Source: an uncultured Methanosarcinales archaeon
Lineage (GTDB): Archaea; Nanobdellota; Nanobdellia; Woesearchaeales; CAYMBN01
Length of the DNA: 20,000 nucleotides
NCBI GenBank assembly: GCA_964388715.1
Contig: CAYMBN010000006.1
Coordinates: 51,167-71,166, forward strand
Direction of reading: 5' to 3'
A program made the position numbers and the translations under genes. Shown here one piece after another: positions 8,324 to 16,097 of this stretch (position 1 is the first letter of the stretch; the number at the start of each line of letters is the position of its first letter). Under the pieces are notes generated by a model. The model did no database searches. It was not told where the DNA came from and was given only the letters and a program-made list of their open reading frames with translations.

Positions 8324-8770
8324 TTATACCTCATCTAGGACAACCAGTGTTTGTGTTCTATCAACACCATCTATATTACGGAGGGTCCTTGTAATAAAAT
8401 TATTTAATTCTGATATGTTTGTTGTTCTTAGTTTAATAATGATATCTGTTTCACCTGTTACCATATCAACTGATTCAACATAAGAATTTTTCTTTATTTT
8501 AAATGCAATATCTTTTTGTTCTAGCTTTTTACCTGATTTTAAGGTATAATCAACTGTTACAAAAATGTATGCACAGATTGTTTTACCAAGTTTTTCATGA
8601 TCAATATTAATTGTAAAGTTTTTTATGATACCTTGCTGAGTTAATCGTTTAATTCTGTTGTGTACTGTTGTAATTGGAAGGGAAACTTTTTTAGAAATTT
8701 GACTAGTAGTAAGTTTTGCGTTATTTTTTAATACGTCTAAAATTCTTAAATCTTTTCCATCTATTTTCAT
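8324..8770 (-). CDS. Lrp/AsnC family transcriptional regulator
   Basis: N-terminal HTH (IDGKDLRILDVLKNNAKLTTSQISKKVSLPITTVHNRIKRLTQQGII) and RAM domain (VDMVTGETDIIIKL). Its stop is 5 nt upstream of tgt, whose SD (GAGGT) lies in the end of this gene. Confidence 0.95.
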   Translation of the reverse strand: MKIDGKDLRILDVLKNNAKLTTSQISKKVSLPITTVHNRIKRLTQQGIIKNFTINIDHEKLGKTICAYIFVTVDYTLKSGKKLEQKDIAFKIKKNSYVESVDMVTGETDIIIKLRTTNISELNNFITRTLRNIDGVDRTQTLVVLDEV

Positions 8771-8773
8771 ATA

Positions 8774-8790
8774 ATGGAATAATATTCCAT
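8774..8790. promoter_or_regulatory. Perfect 8-1-8 palindrome, candidate Lrp/AsnC operator
   Basis: ATGGAATA-A-TATTCCAT lies between the TATA box (TTTATAAA, 8793-8800) and the start codon (8770) of the regulator gene. Confidence 0.7.
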
Positions 8791-8846
8791 ATTTTATAAA
8801 TTTTTTGGTATTTTTTTGTATATATTTTCATTTTAAAAAAGATAGT

Positions 8847-8854
8847 TTTAAATA
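8847..8854 (+). promoter_or_regulatory. TATA box for the small ORF at 8878
   Basis: Purine-rich AAAAGATAG then TTTAAATA, ending 23 nt before ATG 8878; same spacing as other promoters in the window. Confidence 0.5.
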
Positions 8855-8877
8855 TAATGGGTGAATTCTGAAAACCA

Positions 8878-8979
8878 ATGAAAAAATCAAAAAGAAAATT
8901 AAAACCATTGTTCAGGCTAAAGAGAAAAGCTTGCCTGAAAGCACTTTTTCTAGATCAAAATCTTTTGAATAATAATTGA
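8878..8979 (+). CDS. Putative 33-aa small ORF / leader peptide upstream of asnS
   Basis: Hand translation: MKKSKRKLKPLFRLKRKACLKALFLDQNLLNNN*. It is below the ORF-track size cut-off and has a TATA box at leaderless spacing. Confidence 0.4.
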   Translation: MKKSKRKLKPLFRLKRKACLKALFLDQNLLNNN

Positions 8980-9021
8980 GATGTCTGTTTTTATCAGATC
9001 AATGTATTTTTTCAATAAAGT

Positions 9022-9076
9022 TTTAGAACCATCAAGCAGAGCTTGAGGTTTCTAAACGGTTTCGACCCTGTCGAAA
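9022..9076. repeat. Two adjacent inverted repeats upstream of the asnS promoter
   Basis: TTTAGAACCATCAAGC-aga-GCTTGAGGTTTCTAAA (9022-9056; 14 of 16 positions complementary) and TTTCGAC-cct-GTCGAAA (9060-9076). Confidence 0.75.
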
Positions 9077-9086
9077 ACTTTATATA
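9072..9086 (+). promoter_or_regulatory. BRE + TATA promoter of asnS
   Basis: CGAAAAC-TTTATATA, with SD GGTGA at 9113-9117 before ATG 9122. Confidence 0.7.
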
Positions 9087-9121
9087 ATATAAAACTAAAT
9101 AAAATCATAATTGGTGAAAAA

Positions 9122-10414
9122 ATGAAATTTGTTAGTATACAAGAAGCAATGGATAAAGGAAAAGGCAAAGTCTCTATAAGAGGTTGGGTTTATAGAGAAA
9201 GAAAAAGTAGCAAATATGCCTTTATTATACTTAGAGATAGCTCTCACACTATTCAATGTGTGTTTGATGCAAAGAAATTTGGAAAAAGGTGGAAAGATAT
9301 TGATAAAATACTTATTGAGTCTGCTATGGAAATAAGTGGACAGATAAAAAAGGATGACAGAGCACCAACAGGTTATGAAATTCACGCAGAAGATTTTAGA
9401 GTAGAACATTATGCAGAACCATTCCCAATTGTAAAAGATCAAAGTCCTGAGTTTTTAGCTGATAAAAGACATTTGTGGCTAAGAAGTCAGAAAATGATTG
9501 CTATTATGAAAATACGATCAACTATTTTTGGTGCAATCCATGATTATTTTAGAAAACAAGGTTTTTATGAATTTCAGAGTCCTATTTTTCAGCCAACCCA
9601 ATCAGAAGGTGGTTCTACTGTTTTTACTGTACCTTATTTTGGTGATAAAGTTTATCTAGCACAAACATGGCAATTACAAGCTGAAACAGCTATCTTTGCA
9701 TTAGAAAAGATTTATTGTATTGCTCCTAGTTTTAGAGCAGAGAAATCAAAAACTTCACGTCATTTAACAGAATATTGGCATGCTGAAATGGAAATGCCTT
9801 GGTGTAAGTTTGAGGATTTGCAAGATCATGGTGAAGCATTGGTTAAACATGTTGTTAAAGACGTTCTTAAGAAACATAAAAAAGATTTGAAAACATTGAA
9901 AAGAGATATTAAAAAGTTAGAACCTGTTGTTAAAAAACCATTTTTAAGAATAACTTATGATAAAGCATTGAAGATTCTTAAAGATAAATGCAAGATGAAG
10001 GTTGAATGGGGTAAAGATTTAAGAACAATTGAAGAAGAAAAATTAACTAAATTGTATGATGTGCCAATAATTGTAACTGATTATCCAAAAGTTGTTAAAG
10101 CGTTTTATATGAAAGAAACTCCTGGGAAATCTAAGTGTGTGCAAGGGTTTGATTTTTTAGCACCAGAAGGATATGGTGAAATAATTGGTGGATCACAAAG
10201 AGAAGAAGATATTGAAAAAATTAAGAAAAGGTTAAAAGAGCAAGGTGAAGATCCTAAAGATTATGAATTCTATCTTGATACTCGTCGATATGGGTCAGTG
10301 CCACATGGTGGATTTGGTTTTGGAGTAGAAAGAGTCATTGCATGGGTGTGTGGTCTTGATACAATTAAAGATGCAATAGCATTTCCAAGGACAATGGTTA
10401 GGTATAAGCCTTAA
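9122..10414 (+). CDS. asnS: Asparaginyl-tRNA synthetase
   Basis: OB-fold (VSIRGWVYRER...FIILRDSS), RHLWLRS, motif 2 FRAEKSKTSRHLTEYWHAEME, GEIIGGSQRE, motif 3 YGSVPHGGFGFGVER; 430 aa. Confidence 0.93.
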   Translation: MKFVSIQEAMDKGKGKVSIRGWVYRERKSSKYAFIILRDSSHTIQCVFDAKKFGKRWKDIDKILIESAMEISGQIKKDDRAPTGYEIHAEDFRVEHYAEPFPIVKDQSPEFLADKRHLWLRSQKMIAIMKIRSTIFGAIHDYFRKQGFYEFQSPIFQPTQSEGGSTVFTVPYFGDKVYLAQTWQLQAETAIFALEKIYCIAPSFRAEKSKTSRHLTEYWHAEMEMPWCKFEDLQDHGEALVKHVVKDVLKKHKKDLKTLKRDIKKLEPVVKKPFLRITYDKALKILKDKCKMKVEWGKDLRTIEEEKLTKLYDVPIIVTDYPKVVKAFYMKETPGKSKCVQGFDFLAPEGYGEIIGGSQREEDIEKIKKRLKEQGEDPKDYEFYLDTRRYGSVPHGGFGFGVERVIAWVCGLDTIKDAIAFPRTMVRYKP

Positions 10415-11622
10415 TTATTACTTACCAACATTTCATCTACTTCTGTAAGGAGTCTTTTTTCGAAGTCTGTTACTCTTTCTCCTTCTTTTCTTTCTGTGTT
10501 GAGGTGAGTTATTAGTTCTTTTGTTAAAGTGATTTCTTTTTCGCGTTCTAAGAAAGAAACTTGGCCTAAGTGTTCTTTTATGATTGAATCTTCAAGCTCG
10601 TCGATGTTTTTGGTATCAATCTTGATTTCTTCAAATTCTTTTGTTTTGAGTGCATTGGTATTTTTCATTAAAAAATAAGCTCCTTTCCCATAAATAATCC
10701 TATAAATTTCTTTGAAATCAATGTCAGACACTTTGCCACTTTCTAAAGTTCCTTTTAATCTTAACGATACAATTGTGTTGATGAATTCTTTATCTTTAAC
10801 TTTGCCTAGTAGTTCAACTTTAACTTGTTCAGGAGTTAAATGATTACAATCAAGTTCAATATGTTCATGATTCTTAATTGTAATTGGTTCATATCTAAGC
10901 TGACCATTATCATAAATATAAAACCCGCCCCTTTCTAGTTTTTCAAGTTCAGCAAAATTGTTTGGAAATAATGGGCCAGGGTAAACAATGTTTTTGTAGT
11001 TTTCCAAAGATATGTCTTTTACAATATGTACATGACCCCCAGCATAATAATCAAAGTTTTTTGGTAGAAATGAAATAGGAGCTGAAGCCATTTTTTCAAG
11101 TTCTTTTGGTTTTAATTCTGTTATAGCTGTGTGAAACATGAAAATCTTAAAACCTTGTTCTGATTCAAGGTTTTCTCTAATAAGATTTTCATAATATTTT
11201 CTTTCTAACATTCCCCTTTTCCCTAACAAACCTGTAATTTTGACATTTGTTTTTGAATCAACTGTGAACTTAAGTTTAAGTTTTTCATCAATAACTTCTC
11301 CTTTCACAACATTTACAAAAAGTCCTGCATTTTCTAAAACATCGACGACGGTTTTGCCACTTGGACTGAAATCGTGGCTGCCAACAATGCCATAAACAGG
11401 AATATTTTTATCTTTTAATTTTTTTAATTTGAGAACAACTCTTTTTAAGTGATCTATTTGTGGAAGAGACGTGTTGAACAAGTCACCACTTATTAAGATG
11501 AAATCTATATTTTCTTCAATACATTTATCAACGGATTTTTCAAAAGCTTGTAAACTAATATCTTTTAATCTAGGATCTCTCCACGATCCAATATGACAGT
11601 CAGCTATGTGTGCAAATTTCAT
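10411..11622 (-). CDS. mre11: Mre11/SbcD-family DNA double-strand-break repair nuclease
   Basis: Metallophosphoesterase motifs [27 protein letters not shown] and YPGP; 4-nt overlap with herA. Confidence 0.92.
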   Translation of the reverse strand: MKFAHIADCHIGSWRDPRLKDISLQAFEKSVDKCIEENIDFILISGDLFNTSLPQIDHLKRVVLKLKKLKDKNIPVYGIVGSHDFSPSGKTVVDVLENAGLFVNVVKGEVIDEKLKLKFTVDSKTNVKITGLLGKRGMLERKYYENLIRENLESEQGFKIFMFHTAITELKPKELEKMASAPISFLPKNFDYYAGGHVHIVKDISLENYKNIVYPGPLFPNNFAELEKLERGGFYIYDNGQLRYEPITIKNHEHIELDCNHLTPEQVKVELLGKVKDKEFINTIVSLRLKGTLESGKVSDIDFKEIYRIIYGKGAYFLMKNTNALKTKEFEEIKIDTKNIDELEDSIIKEHLGQVSFLEREKEITLTKELITHLNTERKEGERVTDFEKRLLTEVDEMLVSNN

Positions 11623-13145
11623 AATTTAACACCATTAAAATCTGTTTGGAATTTATTTTCTTTTGTTTTTTCCTTTTTTTCTATTAATTCATCAAAGAAA
11701 GGTATCTTGATAGGGATTGCAAATCGTGCAAAGTTGCTTGTTATGATTGCTTCACCTTTATCAAGAGACGCAATGTTTCTATTGTCTGAGCTTAGATCTT
11801 GTGCAGCTGACTCTATTATTGCTTGACGTTCTGGTGCCATTTCTGTTCCAAGGATTATCTTTGTGTTCATGTTTGCTAATATTGGGCGAGGGATTAAACT
11901 TGGTAATTGAGTTATTGCTGTTAAACCAACTTTGAATTTACGCCCTTCACGAGCAATTGTTGAAAAGATATTTGAACCACGTTCAAGTGCATCTTTGCCT
12001 AGCACACGTGGTGCTTCCTCAAGTACAATTGAAATAACTGGTTTGTTATCAAGTATACCGTCAATTTTATAATGTTTATATCTGTAAAATATTTCATTTG
12101 CAATCAAACTTCCGACGAGGATTTCAACTGCGCCACCAAAACTGGAAGTGTCAATAATAACAACTTTTCCTTGTTCAAGTTCATTACAAATATCACTTAT
12201 TGTTGTTTCACCTGCTGCTAAATCAAATATTCCTTTACAAAATACTTGTGATCCATTAAATTCAAGATTAAGTAATGAGAGCATTCTTCTTTTTAAAACT
12301 GCAAGTGTTCCTTCAAAGAATTCAACATTTAGCGGTTTTTCTAAAATAATAGCTTCAATCCATTTAATACCATATTCACGGTAATATGCATTCATTGCTT
12401 GTTGTTGTGGATCTGACCAATTGACAACACCTTCAAAATGTTGCGGTTTAATGTTTTTTATGTTAATTTTAAGTGTTTTTGTACCAACAGGTGCATTTTT
12501 CGGAGTGTAATAAATTACATTTTCTTTTTTTTCATGATCTTTTAAACCAACTTTATTACGACCGTAATATTCATCATGGGGATCAAGAACTAAAACACCA
12601 CAATAATTTTGGTTGATTATGTTCCATAACATCACTTTTAATAATACACTTTTTCCTTTACCAGTTGTGCCTGGAATAAGAATATGGTGTGAAAATACTT
12701 TTTCTCCATCGAGGTTTATGTCAACATCCATTATTTTACTTCCTGAACGTAACTTGCCAATAAAAATAGGATTATTAGGTTTGATTAAAAATTTAAGATC
12801 ATTTTCAGTTATAGCTCTTACTTCTGAAAAGAATTTTGGAAGTGTTTTACATAATCTAACATCTTCACCAACATAAATTAATGGTTTTAAGTAAGCAAGT
12901 GTATAATTTCGAAGTTCTGGGTCCATAAATTCAAGATCATTTTCTTCTTCTAATTTAAGGCCTGAAATAAGTTCTCGATTTAAAAGTGATATCTGTGAAC
13001 CATAAACCAGATCAAATACTTGTAATATAACTTTGCCACCATCTGTTTGCGCTACTAAAAGTTCACCTAACTCTATCTTTTTATCACTTTTTTGCCTAAT
13101 AAGAATTTTGCCAAATTCACCACTTATTACTTGTCCTTTTACCAT
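11619..13145 (-). CDS. herA: HerA-family bipolar DNA helicase/translocase
   Basis: HAS-barrel-like N-terminus, Walker [21 protein letters not shown], Walker [26 protein letters not shown]; adjacent to mre11. Confidence 0.9.
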   Translation of the reverse strand: MVKGQVISGEFGKILIRQKSDKKIELGELLVAQTDGGKVILQVFDLVYGSQISLLNRELISGLKLEEENDLEFMDPELRNYTLAYLKPLIYVGEDVRLCKTLPKFFSEVRAITENDLKFLIKPNNPIFIGKLRSGSKIMDVDINLDGEKVFSHHILIPGTTGKGKSVLLKVMLWNIINQNYCGVLVLDPHDEYYGRNKVGLKDHEKKENVIYYTPKNAPVGTKTLKINIKNIKPQHFEGVVNWSDPQQQAMNAYYREYGIKWIEAIILEKPLNVEFFEGTLAVLKRRMLSLLNLEFNGSQVFCKGIFDLAAGETTISDICNELEQGKVVIIDTSSFGGAVEILVGSLIANEIFYRYKHYKIDGILDNKPVISIVLEEAPRVLGKDALERGSNIFSTIAREGRKFKVGLTAITQLPSLIPRPILANMNTKIILGTEMAPERQAIIESAAQDLSSDNRNIASLDKGEAIITSNFARFAIPIKIPFFDELIEKKEKTKENKFQTDFNGVKL

Positions 13146-13168
13146 TAAACAAGTCGAAGAAAAACTGT

Positions 13169-13176
13169 TATTTAAA
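13169..13176 (-). promoter_or_regulatory. TATA box for herA-mre11
   Basis: Minus-strand TTTAAATA ends 23 nt before ATG 13145. Confidence 0.6.
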
Positions 13177-13188
13177 TATTTATATGGT

Positions 13189-13899
13189 CTAATTTGTATA
13201 TTTTCGTTCTATCTTTAATAATCGCTTAATTTCCATTTTAGAGATAGCACAGCCACGGATCTTAAGAGCCCATAAAACTGCGTCAAGTAATGTCTTTTTT
13301 GGGTCTATTACTTGTTTTGTTTTATTAGGAATAAATTCATCTAACATTCCTTTTTCAAATGCGATTGTTACTAGTTCCACTGAGCGGATTAGTTTGATTT
13401 TTTTTACTTCACTCTGAAATTCTCTAGCAACTTTTGGGTCATATGTAACATTTGTGTGAAATCGATGTTCAAAAAAATGAACAAGTTTTTTTGGTTCTTC
13501 TATAAGTAATCTTACTGTTCTTTCATCAACAACAATTGCTGATGAATTTAAATATAATGCTGTGGCAAGTGTTTCCATGTCGGCGTAAGAAACAATATGT
13601 AAAAAATGTCCTCGTGCAGTAAAACAATTATTTGCTAGTTGATATAATTGTTCTGCCTTTTTCTTTATTTCTTCTTTTGAAATAACCTGAAGAATATCTT
13701 CTCTTATTGCTTGGATGATTTGTAAAGCTTCAAACTTGAATTTTTTTGATTTTAATGGTCTATCAATTAACTCTTTTTTAACAGCTTCACAAAGATAAAA
13801 TTCTCCTTTAAACTTTGCTCTTAGTTGTTTTAACAAACCTAATAAATTGTTTGTTGCAAGACTTATTATTGGACCTGCATCAAATATTAATGATTTCAT
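13189..13899 (-). CDS. PIN-domain protein (VapC/DUF3368-like), 236 aa
   Basis: N-terminal [28 protein letters not shown] and IVVDERTVR follow the acidic PIN pattern; ATGA overlap with the upstream gene. Confidence 0.75.
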   Translation of the reverse strand: MKSLIFDAGPIISLATNNLLGLLKQLRAKFKGEFYLCEAVKKELIDRPLKSKKFKFEALQIIQAIREDILQVISKEEIKKKAEQLYQLANNCFTARGHFLHIVSYADMETLATALYLNSSAIVVDERTVRLLIEEPKKLVHFFEHRFHTNVTYDPKVAREFQSEVKKIKLIRSVELVTIAFEKGMLDEFIPNKTKQVIDPKKTLLDAVLWALKIRGCAISKMEIKRLLKIERKYTN

Positions 13900-14456
13900 T
13901 TGAATAAGGACCTCGCAAAGTTTAATCTTTCTCTAATATTTGTTTCATGTTTTTCTAAGTCAATTATTTTTGTTTTACCAAGATAACTCAAAAGTTCCCA
14001 TTGACTTAAACCAAGTAATTCTGCTGTACGTGCTGTACTAATACCATGTTCAACTAATTTACTACCTTTTTGAATTTTAGCTTTGTTTAGTACTTCTTCA
14101 ATATAAAATTGAATTTTTTCATCAAACTTACTTATAAATTTGAACATTTGTCTGATTATTGCTTTATAATCTTTAACATCTCCTTTTTTTAATGATTTTA
14201 ATGCTTTTTTTAATTGAATGAAAATGCTTGAATAAATTAATGGGTCTAGTTTAGCTGGTCTTTCAGCTAATTTATATATTGCAAATATTATGACAGCTAT
14301 TGAGATTGAATCTTGATCTTGGAATATTGAAGCAGAATGAATTGTATGGTTACTTAAATCTTTTAGTTCAAGTATGTCTTTTTCCTCTTTAATTTCAAGT
14401 ATATCGATTGCTCGAACAAGAACTTTAATTATATCCTCTTTTATTGATTGAATCAT
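13896..14456 (-). CDS. Helical protein with a C-terminal UPF0175-like HTH (candidate antitoxin/regulator), 186 aa
   Basis: C-terminal GISTARTAELLGLSQWELLSYL; translationally coupled to the PIN gene; TATA at 14479-14486, 22 nt upstream. Confidence 0.65.
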   Translation of the reverse strand: MIQSIKEDIIKVLVRAIDILEIKEEKDILELKDLSNHTIHSASIFQDQDSISIAVIIFAIYKLAERPAKLDPLIYSSIFIQLKKALKSLKKGDVKDYKAIIRQMFKFISKFDEKIQFYIEEVLNKAKIQKGSKLVEHGISTARTAELLGLSQWELLSYLGKTKIIDLEKHETNIRERLNFARSLFK

Positions 14457-14537
14457 ACTTAAAATAAATGATTGATATTATTTAAATATTGTGTTTTACA
14501 AAAGGTTTTTATATAATAAAAATATTAATAATAAAAA

Positions 14538-15407
14538 ATGGTGAGAAAACCTATTGTCGCTGGACAATTTTATGAAGCTGATAAAAACAAGTTAAAAAAA
14601 CAGATTGAAGGATGTTTTTTATCTGAATTAGGACCTGGTTCTTTACCTATTGATAAAAGAAATAAAAAAATTTTTGGAGCAATAGTTCCACATGCAGGAA
14701 TTCCCTATTCTGGTCCTTGTGCTGCTCATGTTTACAAAGAAATTGGGGAAGCAGAATTACCTGATTTGTATATTTTATTAGGTACTAATCATGGAGGCAT
14801 GGGTGGATCATGTATTTCACTAGAAGATTGGCAAACTCCATTTGGAACAGTAAAAGTTCATGAAATGTTTGCAAAACATCTTATTAGTGTATCATCTATT
14901 AAAGAAAATAGTACAGCACACCAATATGAACATTCAATTGAAGTGCAACTTCCATTTTTACAATATGTAAATAAACATTACTTAAGAAGTTTAAGAATAG
15001 TTCCAATAAATGTTTCACATGATTATGGATATGAAGAACTTGCTGTAAATCTAAAACAGGCTATTACAGAAACTAAAAAAAAGGTGTGTATTATTGTAAG
15101 TGGTGATTTTACACATTATGGTGTTAATTATGGGTTTGCGCCATTTACAACTAATATAAAAGAAAATTTATATGGACTTGATAAAGGTGCTATTGATTAT
15201 ATTAAAAAACTTGATGCTTGGTCATTTTTGCATTATGTAAAAGATAAAAAAGCTACAATTTGTGGTTCTGCTCCTATTGCAACTTTAGTAGAACTTTCCA
15301 GAATTATGAAAAAGAAAAATGTTGAGTTGTTAAAGTATTATACTTCTGCAGATATCATTGGAGATTATAATAACGCTGTTGGTTATGCAAGCATAATTAT
15401 TAAATAG
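14538..15407 (+). CDS. amrB: MEMO1-family protein (AmmeMemoRadiSam system protein B)
   Basis: MVRKPIVAGQFY, IVPHAG, LGTNH, EHSIEVQLPFLQ, SGDFTHYG, TICG, VGYAS; TATA TTTATATA at 14508-14515. Confidence 0.93.
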   Translation: MVRKPIVAGQFYEADKNKLKKQIEGCFLSELGPGSLPIDKRNKKIFGAIVPHAGIPYSGPCAAHVYKEIGEAELPDLYILLGTNHGGMGGSCISLEDWQTPFGTVKVHEMFAKHLISVSSIKENSTAHQYEHSIEVQLPFLQYVNKHYLRSLRIVPINVSHDYGYEELAVNLKQAITETKKKVCIIVSGDFTHYGVNYGFAPFTTNIKENLYGLDKGAIDYIKKLDAWSFLHYVKDKKATICGSAPIATLVELSRIMKKKNVELLKYYTSADIIGDYNNAVGYASIIIK

Positions 15408-15408
15408 A

Positions 15409-16089
15409 TTATCTTTTTCTTTCCAAGAAACTCCAATCTAAATGTTTATGTTTCGGAAGACGTTTCTTGGTTTTTCTTGATCTTGTTAGATAAAAGAATA
15501 AAACTACTAGAATGATTATAGTTATAATTATAATATAAATCCAAATTTTACTTTTTTTCTCAATTTTTAATATGCCAGCTCCTTTAAGTTTTTCTCTTTT
15601 TTTACAATCTTCAGGACAACTTCCTTCTGTTTCATCTCCATCACAGATACCATCACCACACTTAACTTCAGCTACTAATATTTCACTTTTAAGATTTCCC
15701 ATATTAGCTGGTGGTAACATGTAAACTGCATCAAAGGAAAACTTTTGTCCATCAATATCAGAAGGTACTTTAACAATGTATGTTAAAGAAGGATTTTCAA
15801 TGTCAGATGTGAAAGACCATCTATGGTCAACTTTTTCTTTTAGTTGATATTCAATATCATCTTTTAATTCTTTTGCACCATTAACATTCCAAGATATAAA
15901 TTCAAACTTCTCTGGGATAACGTCGCTGATTACTACTTTTTTGTTTAGTTCAACATCCTTTACATTAAAGGTGATCACTAAATTTTCACCTGGACTAACT
16001 CTTTCAGGTAAGTTTCTTTCAATAGAGACAGCAAGAACATTACTAATTAATAAAATCAGACTTAATAATAAAAAAATAACTTTTTTCAT
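15409..16089 (-). CDS. Secreted, membrane-anchored beta-sandwich protein with a Cys-rich motif (start reassigned to ATG 16089)
   Basis: Signal peptide MKKVIFLLLSLILLISNVLA, preceded by SD GGTGA that overlaps the upstream stop. Beta-rich domain (VSIERNLPERVSPGENLVITFNV...LTYIVKVP), CGDGICDGDETEGSCPEDC, TM helix IWIYIIIITIIILVVLFFYL and a basic tail. Confidence 0.8.
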   Translation of the reverse strand: MKKVIFLLLSLILLISNVLAVSIERNLPERVSPGENLVITFNVKDVELNKKVVISDVIPEKFEFISWNVNGAKELKDDIEYQLKEKVDHRWSFTSDIENPSLTYIVKVPSDIDGQKFSFDAVYMLPPANMGNLKSEILVAEVKCGDGICDGDETEGSCPEDCKKREKLKGAGILKIEKKSKIWIYIIIITIIILVVLFFYLTRSRKTKKRLPKHKHLDWSFLERKR

Positions 16090-16097
16090 ACTTTGGT

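Noticed and set aside
8857..8871. Mini-ORF ATG GGT GAA TTC TGA (MGEF*)
   Set aside because: It starts 2 nt after the TATA box, upstream of the expected transcription start, so it is unlikely to be transcribed.
3062..13145. Idea that the membrane paralogs plus HerA form a Ced/Ted-like DNA-import system
   Set aside because: herA is ~7 kb away, overlaps mre11 and has a HAS-barrel-like N-terminus with no TM anchor, which fits the repair-type HerA.
2097..13218. Short ORF-track entries 2097-2282, 3252-3488, 9095-9442, 11593-11826, 11747-11935, 12148-12384, 12613-12876 and 13033-13218
   Set aside because: Antisense shadows of well-supported genes, with no recognisable motifs.
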